Below, in pieces: positions 26,334 to 35,121 of a DNA stretch of 64,000 bases. A program made the translations under genes and the position numbers. Origin of the DNA: an uncultured Candidatus Saccharibacteria bacterium (lineage in GTDB: Bacteria > Patescibacteriota > Saccharimonadia > Saccharimonadales > JACDBH01). The stretch covers positions 16,019 to 80,018 of the forward strand of contig CAZXOA010000002.1 in NCBI GenBank assembly GCA_964642275.1. Reading direction: 5' to 3'. The notes below the pieces were generated by a model. It was not told the DNA's origin and did no database searches. It saw only the letters and a program-made list of their open reading frames with translations. The stretch's first letter is position 1; every line of letters starts with the position of its first letter.

Positions 26334-27227
26334 GTGGGCTGGGAAGTATTCATACTGCTTCATGCATCTTTCTCTGCCCTTGGCACTCTGCAGGCACGGA
26401 GTATTGCCCGTTTGCCGTATGCGCGGCAGGCGGCGCTGTATGTCAATACAATCACTTTTGTATCATTAGCGGTCTGCGGCTTGCTGCTCTTGCCGTTCAT
26501 TGGCGGCCTTGCATGGTCTGATCTTACAAACAACTGGGTAGCCTATATCGCCAGTGCGGTGTTTTTTAATTTCGGGCTGTTTTATTTGTACCGTGCGCTT
26601 GTCTATCTAGAGAGCGCCACGGCCGCCGTGCTGGCAACATCCAGTGCATTGTTTACGATATTCTTTGCTCGGATTATATTTGACGAGCAACTCACCAGCA
26701 TGCAGCTTATGGGTACGGCTGTACTGGTGCCTTGTATTGGATACATGCTCATGCTGGCGAAGCGCCGGCAAAAGTTTGTTGATTTTCGTGATCTGCCTTG
26801 GATAAAAGGCGCGCTCTACGTGACTATTTCGAGCCTATCTATGGCACTCGGGCATATCATGGAGATGGAATTAATTACCAACGGAAGTATTGGGAGCTAT
26901 GTTGGGTTTGGCTGGCCAATGCAGGCTGCTTTGGCGCTCGTACTGTTTGCGCTATTCGGCCAAAAATCAAAAAAGATAATGAGAGACAGCTTTGTTATCA
27001 AGAATGCAGCCTCGATCGGACTCCTGCGCGTTGGTGCGGCACTGTTCTTCTTGTACGCGTTGGACAAGAGCCATAACCTATCTGTTATTATGGTGGTGGC
27101 GAACTTCCGCATCGTGATTGTAGCAGTGCTGGCCGGCTGGCTGCTGGGCGAACGGCGGTTTTATTATCGCAAGCTTATTGTTGCGGCTATATCTTTGCTG
27201 GGCCTCAGTATTATCTTCTGGGCTTGA
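26334..27227 (+). CDS. DMT/EamA-family transporter
   Basis: About 10 TM helices in a two-repeat EamA-like layout. The GTG start is the only in-frame option. Confidence 0.7.
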   Translation: MGWEVFILLHASFSALGTLQARSIARLPYARQAALYVNTITFVSLAVCGLLLLPFIGGLAWSDLTNNWVAYIASAVFFNFGLFYLYRALVYLESATAAVLATSSALFTIFFARIIFDEQLTSMQLMGTAVLVPCIGYMLMLAKRRQKFVDFRDLPWIKGALYVTISSLSMALGHIMEMELITNGSIGSYVGFGWPMQAALALVLFALFGQKSKKIMRDSFVIKNAASIGLLRVGAALFFLYALDKSHNLSVIMVVANFRIVIVAVLAGWLLGERRFYYRKLIVAAISLLGLSIIFWA

Positions 27228-27288
27228 GTAGTCGGTTTGCAAGTTTAAGCATAAGTATCTATACTTCAGGGTAAATAAAGGGTGGAAT

Positions 27289-28200
27289 ATGTCACAATCA
27301 ATCAAGAGAATACGGTATAACACGGCCAAAGCACGTGATCTTATGCGCCGCTCGCGCGAAGAACACTTTGCGGTAGGTGCCTTCAATATAGACAATCAGG
27401 AAACTTTGATTGCTATTGCAAAGGCTGCCCAGAAAACTAATAGCCCGGTGCTTGTAGAGGTGAGCGATGGCGAGGTCAAAGCTATTGGCCTGGAAAACCT
27501 GCGCTGTCTCGTAGACAACTACAAGACAGAGTATGGCATCGAGATGTACATTAACCTCGATCACAGTCCGACTGTCGAAGCCTGCAAGGAGGCTATCGAC
27601 GCAGGCTACGAATTTATCCACATCGACATTAGCCAGGCAAATCATGACGCCTCAGAAGATGAAATTATCGCCAAAACACGTGAAGTCGTGGAGTATGCCA
27701 AGTTCACCGGCGCGCTGGTAGAGAGCGAGCCGCATTATTTTGGTGGCAGCTCAAACGTGCACAAAGAGGCCTTTGATTACGAAGAGATCAAAAAAACCTT
27801 TAGTACGCCCGAAGGTGCCCGTCATTTTGTTGAGGCAACCGGCATAGATACTTTTGCAGCCGCTGTTGGCAATTTGCATGGCAGCTATCCGGTGCCAAAG
27901 CAGCTTGATCTTGAGTTGCTGCAGGCAGTACGCGATGCTATTCCATGCCAGATCAGCCTGCACGGTGGCAGCGGTACGCCAGGCGAGTACTTCCAGCAGG
28001 CGGCTCACATCGGCGTCAGCAAGGTCAATATTAATTCCGACATGCGTATTGCCTTTCGCGATACACTCGTGCGCGTACTGCAAGAGAACCCGGACGAATA
28101 CGCCGTCATGAAGCTCATGCCAGAAGTCATAGCTGCCATACAAGCAGTTGTAGAAGAAAAAATCGGATTGTTTGGATCGACAGGCAAGGCGGTCAGGTAA
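27289..28200 (+). CDS. fba: class II fructose-bisphosphate aldolase
   Basis: FNIDN, LDHS and SLHGGSG class II aldolase motifs. Confidence 0.9.
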   Translation: MSQSIKRIRYNTAKARDLMRRSREEHFAVGAFNIDNQETLIAIAKAAQKTNSPVLVEVSDGEVKAIGLENLRCLVDNYKTEYGIEMYINLDHSPTVEACKEAIDAGYEFIHIDISQANHDASEDEIIAKTREVVEYAKFTGALVESEPHYFGGSSNVHKEAFDYEEIKKTFSTPEGARHFVEATGIDTFAAAVGNLHGSYPVPKQLDLELLQAVRDAIPCQISLHGGSGTPGEYFQQAAHIGVSKVNINSDMRIAFRDTLVRVLQENPDEYAVMKLMPEVIAAIQAVVEEKIGLFGSTGKAVR

Positions 28201-28411
28201 TTCATTCTCGTATGGTCCTATTTGCAATAACGGTCGGACATCTCCCCTCTTAAGTCTATTTAGCAACAATCCCCACCACGCAGGCTATGTGGGTGAATAT
28301 CTATGTGGTTCTCCACAGATACCTAAGAGGATTTCTCGTGAGTACCACTACTGGTAGGCTTGTGCTACAATGAGACTAAGCATAAGCAAATAACAACAAG
28401 AGGGTGAGGGC

Positions 28412-29434
28412 ATGGCTGATAGAAATCAACTGGATGTACTAAGTGTAGGTGATGTTGTTACCGACGCGTTTATCAAATTATTTGATGACAAAGCTTGGAC
28501 TTATGTCGACGAGCACGGCAAAAAAGTCATTGCCATGGAATACGGCACCAAGATCCCATTTGATCACGCAGTGGTAGTCGAGGGCGTGGGTAATGCCGCC
28601 AATGCTGCTGTTAGCCTCACGAGGCTTGGGCTTAACTGCGGTTACGTCACAAATGTTGGAGATGACAAATACGGCCGCGGTATTATCGCCGCACTCAATG
28701 CAAAGAATATCGACACTCGCTATGTACGCGTTAATCCTGGCAAAAAAACCAACTATCACTATGTACTGTGGTATCGCGAAGAGCGTACGATTCTTATCAA
28801 CCACGAAGAATACGAGTATATCTGGCCAAACTTACGTGAACGCGAGAAGCCACGCTGGATATATTTTAGCTCTATGGCCGAGAATGCACTCGAGTTTCAT
28901 GACGAACTTTCTGACTGGCTGGACGAAAATCCAGACGTCAAGCTGGCTTTCCAGCCGGGTACCTTCCAGATGAAGGCTGGGGCCGAACGACTTGCTCGCA
29001 TTTACAAACACAGTAATATCCTAGTGCTCAACAAAGAAGAGGCCGCCCATGTCAGTGGTAACGATGATGTGCAAAACCTGCATCGTTCTTTTGATATGCT
29101 GCACGCGCTTGGGCCAGATGACATGGTGGTGTGTATTACCGATGGTCCAGCCGGGGCCTACGCCAGCGGGCAAGGCAAGCGCTTGTTTATGCCGATTTAT
29201 CCAGATCCAGCCCCGCCATACGAGCGGACTGGCGCTGGCGATGCCTTTGCAAGCACCTTTACCGCTGCAATCATGCGCGGTAAGACACTCGAAGAAGCCT
29301 TGGCTTGGGGCCCGGTTAACTCAATGAATGTTGTCCAGCACCCTGGTGCCCAAGAGGGGCTCATGACAGAGGCTGAGATCCAGAAACTTTTGGATGATGC
29401 TCCTGAGTGGTATATTCCGAAACCGATGGACTAG
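28412..29434 (+). CDS. PfkB-family carbohydrate kinase
   Basis: Ribokinase-like fold with the C-terminal TGAGDAF motif. Confidence 0.85.
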   Translation: MADRNQLDVLSVGDVVTDAFIKLFDDKAWTYVDEHGKKVIAMEYGTKIPFDHAVVVEGVGNAANAAVSLTRLGLNCGYVTNVGDDKYGRGIIAALNAKNIDTRYVRVNPGKKTNYHYVLWYREERTILINHEEYEYIWPNLREREKPRWIYFSSMAENALEFHDELSDWLDENPDVKLAFQPGTFQMKAGAERLARIYKHSNILVLNKEEAAHVSGNDDVQNLHRSFDMLHALGPDDMVVCITDGPAGAYASGQGKRLFMPIYPDPAPPYERTGAGDAFASTFTAAIMRGKTLEEALAWGPVNSMNVVQHPGAQEGLMTEAEIQKLLDDAPEWYIPKPMD

Positions 29435-29445
29435 CCATACGGTAG

Positions 29446-29478
29446 TAAAAACGCTCCTAAGCGGGAGCGTTTTTTGTT
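29446..29478. terminator. bidirectional intrinsic terminator between the PfkB kinase (+) and LOG (-) genes
   Basis: AAAAACGCTCC-taagc-GGGAGCGTTTTTT. There are U-tracts on both strands. Confidence 0.8.
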
Positions 29479-29500
29479 TGAGAAGAAGAGTTGTAGTTGT

Positions 29501-30256
29501 CTACAGTAAATCTTCTAATCTCTCGGCGGGTTTGATGGGCGACGAGGCTTGCGGAGGCATGGCAAAGACAGAAGTTGTTTCGCGGTGTTTGTCGACGATA
29601 TGTTTGATTTCTTCGATATCGTCGGTGATGGTGTAGAGTTCTTCATCGCCGTGGCTGATAACGCCGGCTTCATCAAGCATTTTGGTGCGTATAAAATCAT
29701 CAAGCGGGTGCCAGAAATCGCTGCCGACTAAAATTATAGGGACGGGCGGCATTTTGCCGGTCTGGACTAGTGTGATGACTTCGAACATTTCGTCCAAGGT
29801 GCCAAAACCGCCAGGACAGACGATAAGTGCACTGGCTGCGTAAACCAACATAACTTTGCGCGCAAAAAAGTACTTGAACGGATGGCTTTCGGTTGTGTAG
29901 GCGTTGAGCTGCTGTTCGTGCGGAAGCTGGATATTAAGGCCAATGGATTTTCCGCCGGCTTCGTAGGCGCCGCGGTTGGCTGCTTCCATGATGCCTCCAC
30001 CACCGCCAGTGATGACAGTAAATCCTTCTTGGGCCAGCATGTTGCCAATCTCGCGAGCCTGCTTGTAATACGGGTTGTCTTCGAGGAATCTGGCTGAGCC
30101 AAAGACAGTGACGGTGTAGCTGTATTTGTTGACGACCTCAAAGCCCGCCTTGAATTCCTTCTCGATACGGTCAACGCGCGCCTCCGTTTCATCGTGCAGA
30201 AGGTTGACGATAGCGTCGCGGTGCGGGGTGATTGCCTGTAGTTTTTTGTCTGACAT
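29501..30256 (-). CDS. LOG family protein (TIGR00730, lysine-decarboxylase-like Rossmann fold)
   Basis: TGGGGGIMEAANRGA and PGGFGTLDEMFE motifs. Confidence 0.9.
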   Translation of the reverse strand: MSDKKLQAITPHRDAIVNLLHDETEARVDRIEKEFKAGFEVVNKYSYTVTVFGSARFLEDNPYYKQAREIGNMLAQEGFTVITGGGGGIMEAANRGAYEAGGKSIGLNIQLPHEQQLNAYTTESHPFKYFFARKVMLVYAASALIVCPGGFGTLDEMFEVITLVQTGKMPPVPIILVGSDFWHPLDDFIRTKMLDEAGVISHGDEELYTITDDIEEIKHIVDKHRETTSVFAMPPQASSPIKPAERLEDLL

Positions 30257-30382
30257 ACGTTACATCCAAGTATAGCATCAATGCTTATGCCTAGGTGATG
30301 ACTAATTAACAACGATATTTGCCATAGTGCCGCTGTTTTTGGTCGCAATATGTTGTATACTTCAGAGTAGAAAGAGGGGTGG

Positions 30383-31624
30383 ATGAGCAATATTATTTCG
30401 AGATTACTCGCTGCTGAAGAGCCTGGGTTCAGCTTGGCTATCCGCCAGTTGGAACGATCATCGGGCAATCCGAGTATGGATGTCCGCTTGATGAGCGAGA
30501 TTATCCAGACCGTTCGCATCAAAATTGCTGAACTGGGCTTGGACGCGCGTGATACAACCGGTGAAGAGCTGTACTATGCACTGCTTGGAAAGGTAAAGCT
30601 TCACGACGAGCATCTGGCAAAGCACATAGGGGCGAGCGATCCGAGCAACCCAGCGATAGTCTTGCCGCGCATCAAACGTACCTTAGAGAAGGCGGACATT
30701 CCTCGTTCGGCTTGGGTGATAAAAAAGAGCGTGGCCAAGAAATTGCTGCACGCAATGCCCCCCGAGAGGTTGATGAAACACCTGGGGTACCAATCTGTTG
30801 AATCATTGACCAAGCGCGAAAATCTGGCAGAGATCTACGGTGCGCTTCGTTTTGCTGAAACACCGTCATGGCTGAGGCGGTTTAATAAGACTTACAAAAA
30901 TCTTGTCCCATCGGACTTCGAGACCCGCGATATAGAGATCATTCTACTGGACAAACAGCGTTATGCAGGACTGCTCGAGTCATTTTTGCATCACAAACAG
31001 TACAGCCTGACTCACCTCAAAGAGATGGGTGTGATTATGCTGTTGCCGCCTCGCCCGGAAAGCGTGACGGGCTTGACCATTGCAACCCTGTCGGCAGCGC
31101 TTCATTATATGCAAGAGATACGCTTGTACAGCGCTTATTTTAAACTGCAGCAGGTCAGACCGGATTTTGGCAAAAAGATTACGCAAATTCTCAACGAAGA
31201 CGTTCATGATGCAGGCGATCTGGCTGGCAACAAAGTACACTGGCGCATTGTCGGGCGGCATTTTGGGCGGGCTGAGTATGCAGCGCATCCGGAGATCTTT
31301 CAGCCTCATATTCAGCCGGAGGACCTATCGTGGCGTAGAGCCGAAGAGCAGCTATTCATGATTGATCCGGAGCTTCGCTTTTGGCGCGATCTCGATTATG
31401 TTGGCGTAATGCTCGGTGATAATACGCCCGTTAGTTTCAACCTCATGGATCTTAGTATGAGCTATTACTTGGGTGCGGACTATCCGCACCGGATTGTGTC
31501 GCATATGCGAGCTGGTCTATGGAACGAGCTGTTTATGCGCTATATGGGCGAGAAAGTGCTGGAGCAAAGTGTGTTGACACAGCTCGACAGCAACCTGCTT
31601 ACGTCTGACAAACTGCGCCTCTAG
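30383..31624 (+). CDS. hypothetical protein (413 aa)
   Basis: GAGGGGTGG Shine-Dalgarno. Long ORF with no recognisable domain. Confidence 0.7.
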   Translation: MSNIISRLLAAEEPGFSLAIRQLERSSGNPSMDVRLMSEIIQTVRIKIAELGLDARDTTGEELYYALLGKVKLHDEHLAKHIGASDPSNPAIVLPRIKRTLEKADIPRSAWVIKKSVAKKLLHAMPPERLMKHLGYQSVESLTKRENLAEIYGALRFAETPSWLRRFNKTYKNLVPSDFETRDIEIILLDKQRYAGLLESFLHHKQYSLTHLKEMGVIMLLPPRPESVTGLTIATLSAALHYMQEIRLYSAYFKLQQVRPDFGKKITQILNEDVHDAGDLAGNKVHWRIVGRHFGRAEYAAHPEIFQPHIQPEDLSWRRAEEQLFMIDPELRFWRDLDYVGVMLGDNTPVSFNLMDLSMSYYLGADYPHRIVSHMRAGLWNELFMRYMGEKVLEQSVLTQLDSNLLTSDKLRL

Positions 31625-31684
31625 GGTACGCAGGCAATTTTGTTTGAATTAAAGTATAATAAAATCAGACAAAGGAGGCGACCG

Positions 31685-32416
31685 ATGGGGATACTGCAAA
31701 AAAAGTATGAACTTGGGCGGATGGAGGTCGCGTTTATCATCATTATCCTGCTGGCGCTGGTAGGAGCGGGCTTTTATGCTTGGAAGCTCGGGCGCGACAA
31801 ACAGGCTGGTATTAACAGTTTTGCCGAATGTGTTGCGGCCGGTAACCCTGTTATGGAAAGCTACCCAGAACAGTGCATGGCAAATGGTCGAACGTGGTCG
31901 AACCCCGACCAAGTACTTAATCAACCAGAGCAGGCTAGCGCCACTGTTTCCGGCCAAGGTGGCCTGTCGGTCGTATTCCCAAGCGACTGGACCGGTATAC
32001 GCCGTATTATGGATAGCGACTGGTTTATTATCCCGGGCACTGACCAGCCGAGGCAGCTTGGACTTATCTCAGCTGGGATCTCGGATAGCGAAAGCTACGG
32101 AGGAGGCGGCGCGTCAGTCTTTTCGATACTTATTCATGATAACTTTGCCGAGCCTATAGGTGTAGCGGCAGACTACACCTTGGTCAACGGCAAGGATAAT
32201 CCCATAGCCGGTAAAAAGTATACGCACGAGTACACCGAAGATACAGAAGAGGGCTTGGGCGCGCGGCTGAAAGGCGACAGAGAGTATACCTACGTGTTTG
32301 ATATTGGAGACGGCAAACAGCTGCGCATCTTCTATAATGTGTTCGTATCTGATCCACGAAACCTGATTGACCAAGCCGAGGCTGTCATAGACTCAATTAA
32401 ATTGCTGAAGTATTGA
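31685..32416 (+). CDS. hypothetical membrane-anchored protein
   Basis: AAGGAGG lies 6 nt upstream of ATG 31685, and TATAAT is at 31655-31660. One N-terminal TM helix. Confidence 0.65.
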   Translation: MGILQKKYELGRMEVAFIIIILLALVGAGFYAWKLGRDKQAGINSFAECVAAGNPVMESYPEQCMANGRTWSNPDQVLNQPEQASATVSGQGGLSVVFPSDWTGIRRIMDSDWFIIPGTDQPRQLGLISAGISDSESYGGGGASVFSILIHDNFAEPIGVAADYTLVNGKDNPIAGKKYTHEYTEDTEEGLGARLKGDREYTYVFDIGDGKQLRIFYNVFVSDPRNLIDQAEAVIDSIKLLKY

Positions 32417-32422
32417 TATACT
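32414..32422 (+). promoter_or_regulatory. extended -10 TGaTATACT 6 nt before the uvrB ATG
   Basis: atTGaTATACTacctagATG. The TGA within it is the upstream gene's stop codon. Confidence 0.5.
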
Positions 32423-32428
32423 ACCTAG

Positions 32429-34393
32429 ATGTCCAGTTTTGAGCTAAAGAGCCAGTACCAGCCCGAAGGCGATCAGCCAGCGGCGATTGAACGTATCACG
32501 AGTTTCCTGAATGAGGGGCAAAAAGAACAGACATTGCTCGGCGTGACTGGATCCGGCAAGACATTTACGATGGCCAACGTCATCCAGAATATCCAGAAGC
32601 CGACGCTGGTACTGAGCCATAACAAGACACTGGCGGCGCAGCTGTACACTGAGTTCAAGAATTTTTTTCCGAACAATGCAGTACACTATTTTGTCAGCTA
32701 CTTTGATTACTATCAGCCGGAGGCATATATTGCCCGCTCTGATACGTATATCGAAAAAGACAGCCAAATCAACGAAGAAATCGATCGGCTGCGCCACGCT
32801 GCCACAGACGCACTGCTGAGCCGCAAGGACGTGATTATTGTGGCCAGCGTCAGCTGTATCTACGGTATTGGTTCTGTTGAAGATTACGACGGTCTGAGTA
32901 TCGAAGTCATAAAGGGCGAGCGCAAAGTCCGCGACAAGTTCCTGCGGCAACTGACAGATATCCAGTACCAGCGTAACGACATAGACTTTCACCGCAGCAC
33001 ATTTCGTGTCCGTGGCGATGTAGTCGATGTCTACCCGGCTGGCGAGGAAACGGCTTACCGCATCGAATTTTTTGGCGACGAGGTCGACCGTATTACCAAT
33101 GTTGATCCGCTGACAGGCGAAATCATTGCCGAGAAAGACCGTATTAAGATTTTTCCGGGCAGCCATTATGTCACCCCGTACGATAAGCTTAAGGTCGCAC
33201 TCGGCAAAATCCAGACTGAACTAGATCAGCAAACAGCACTCTTCCAGAACCAGGGCAAGCTGCTCGAGGCGCAGCGGCTCGGCCAGCGCACGAAGTTTGA
33301 TCTGGAGATGCTCGAAGAAACCGGGTTTGTGAAGGGCATCGAAAACTACAGCCGCTATCTGACTAACCGCGAACCAGGCGAGCAGCCAGCCACGCTGCTG
33401 GATTATTACCCCGACGATTTTCTGATGTTCATCGATGAGTCGCACATGACTATCCCGCAGGTGCGCGGTATGTACAATGGCGACCGCGCCCGCAAGGAAG
33501 TGCTTGTTGAGCACGGTTTTCGCTTGCCTAGCGCGCTCGATAACCGGCCGCTGAATTTTATGGAATTTGAAAAGCATGTGAATCAAGTGGTGTATGTCAG
33601 TGCGACACCGGCACAATACGAGCTGGAGCGCAGCCCTGAACCGACCCAGCAGGTCATCCGCCCGACTGGCTTGCTGGATCCGCCGATAGAAGTCCGGCCG
33701 GTAGAAGGCCAAGTAGACGACCTGATTGCTGAAATCCGCGACACGGTCGCAAAGCGCCAGCGTGTGCTCGTAACAACCTTAACCAAGCGGATGAGCGAAG
33801 ACCTGACCGAATACCTCAAAGACATTAATATCAAAGTGACGTATCTGCATAGCGATGTTGATACGCTGGAGCGTACTGATATCCTGCGCGACCTGCGGCT
33901 TGGAATTTATGATGTCGTGGTCGGTATCAACCTGCTGCGCGAGGGCTTGGATTTGCCAGAGGTATCATTAGTGGCGATTCTTGACGCTGATAAAGAAGGT
34001 TTCCTACGCAGCGAGCAGGCGTTGATCCAGACCGTCGGCCGCGCCGCCCGCCATGTTGAGGGCCGGGTTATTATGTACGCCGACAACATTACCGGCAGCA
34101 TGCAGCGTACACTCGATGAGACTAATCGCCGCCGCGAAATTCAGGCAAAGTATAACGAAGAACACGGTATCACACCGGCTGGTATCGCCAAGGCGGTCGA
34201 AGAACGCATGCATAATCAGGAGAGCAAAGAAGACAAAAAGGCCAAGCTTGACCTAAAGAAAATTCCAAAAGAAGAGTACAAACACCTCATCAAAGATCTG
34301 AGTACCCAAATGGACCTGGCTGCCCAGAATCTTCAGTTTGAAAAGGCGGCAGAACTCAGGGACCTCATTGCAGAAGTTAAATCCAAACTATAG
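32429..34393 (+). CDS. uvrB: excinuclease ABC subunit B
   Basis: GVTGSGKT Walker A, helicase motifs and a C-terminal UVR domain (FEKAAELRD). Confidence 0.97.
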   Translation: MSSFELKSQYQPEGDQPAAIERITSFLNEGQKEQTLLGVTGSGKTFTMANVIQNIQKPTLVLSHNKTLAAQLYTEFKNFFPNNAVHYFVSYFDYYQPEAYIARSDTYIEKDSQINEEIDRLRHAATDALLSRKDVIIVASVSCIYGIGSVEDYDGLSIEVIKGERKVRDKFLRQLTDIQYQRNDIDFHRSTFRVRGDVVDVYPAGEETAYRIEFFGDEVDRITNVDPLTGEIIAEKDRIKIFPGSHYVTPYDKLKVALGKIQTELDQQTALFQNQGKLLEAQRLGQRTKFDLEMLEETGFVKGIENYSRYLTNREPGEQPATLLDYYPDDFLMFIDESHMTIPQVRGMYNGDRARKEVLVEHGFRLPSALDNRPLNFMEFEKHVNQVVYVSATPAQYELERSPEPTQQVIRPTGLLDPPIEVRPVEGQVDDLIAEIRDTVAKRQRVLVTTLTKRMSEDLTEYLKDINIKVTYLHSDVDTLERTDILRDLRLGIYDVVVGINLLREGLDLPEVSLVAILDADKEGFLRSEQALIQTVGRAARHVEGRVIMYADNITGSMQRTLDETNRRREIQAKYNEEHGITPAGIAKAVEERMHNQESKEDKKAKLDLKKIPKEEYKHLIKDLSTQMDLAAQNLQFEKAAELRDLIAEVKSKL

Positions 34394-34431
34394 ACTATAA
34401 AAAGAGACAAACGTAAGGCAGGGAGATATAC

Positions 34432-34668
34432 ATGGGACCATCATTTCGAAGCGGCAGACGACGGGGACTGATTGCAGGAGCAGCGATAGGTTCGAGCCGG
34501 GCAAAGCGCGCGGCTGCAACATCTGCCGTACCAGCCCAGCCTGTGCCAACTGCAGATAACAGCCAGAACCAGATTAACCAGCTTAGACAGCTGGGCGAAC
34601 TGCGTGATCAGGGGATTTTGACCGAAGAAGAGTTTGCAGCTAAGAAAAAACAGATCTTAGGGCTATAG
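34432..34668 (+). CDS. SHOCT domain protein
   Basis: C-terminal LRDQGILTEEEFAAKKKQILG is the SHOCT motif. Confidence 0.7.
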   Translation: MGPSFRSGRRRGLIAGAAIGSSRAKRAAATSAVPAQPVPTADNSQNQINQLRQLGELRDQGILTEEEFAAKKKQILGL

Positions 34669-34758
34669 ATATCAGATAACCATAATTCGCTGGCAATGCA
34701 CCTTTGGTGGCTAAATGAGCATGCACCCTACATCGTGAGCGTGCTACCGTATCCTCTC

Positions 34759-34777
34759 ATTATATCACACCTGTCAA
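34759..34777 (-). promoter_or_regulatory. dispersed repeat copy: ACTTGACA-N7-TATAAT with TGaTATAAT extended -10
   Basis: The minus strand reads TACTTGACAGGTGTGATATAATGAGAGGATACGGTA. Confidence 0.45.
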
Positions 34778-34809
34778 GTAAAGTCAAGGTACTCATATGA
34801 TTTTCAAGG

Positions 34810-34818
34810 TGTTACAAT
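34810..34818 (+). promoter_or_regulatory. extended -10 TGtTACAAT 9 nt before the gatC ATG
   Basis: ggTGtTACAATagattccacATG, with no Shine-Dalgarno. Confidence 0.5.
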
Positions 34819-34827
34819 AGATTCCAC

Positions 34828-35121
34828 ATGGCAAAAATGACTGGCGACGATATCTTAAAATTGGCCAAACTAGCCCGGCTGCGGCTGAGCGACAAAGAAG
34901 TCGAGAAGTTCCAGGAAGAGATAGGTGCTATCTTGGGTTACGTCGAGATGCTCGGCGATGTTGACACGAAGGCTCTTAAGCCGACCTATCAGGTGACCGG
35001 GCTGACAAATGTGATGCGGGCGGATGAAGTGAAAGATTACGGCTTGAGCCAGCTGGAGCTTCTTAAGAACGCACCTGCAACTGAGAGGGACTATATCAAA
35101 GTCAAGAGGATGATTGGCTGA
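34828..35121 (+). CDS. gatC: Asp/Glu-tRNA amidotransferase subunit C
   Basis: 97 aa with the GatC pattern (IAKLARLRLSDKEVEKF...). Confidence 0.95.
   Translation: MAKMTGDDILKLAKLARLRLSDKEVEKFQEEIGAILGYVEMLGDVDTKALKPTYQVTGLTNVMRADEVKDYGLSQLELLKNAPATERDYIKVKRMIG

Noticed and set aside
29767-30522. 251-aa minus-strand ORF overlapping the LOG gene in another frame. Similar long antisense or out-of-frame ORFs occur at 42342-43034 in dnaE, 54537-55298 in nusA, 32444-33166 in uvrB, 14714-15367 in the ABC gene and 57957-58511 in clpC.
   Set aside because: All lie within genes that have unmistakable family motifs in the called frame. Their own translations are low-complexity (Ser/Arg/Thr/Ala-rich) with no motifs. 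They are typical shadow ORFs.
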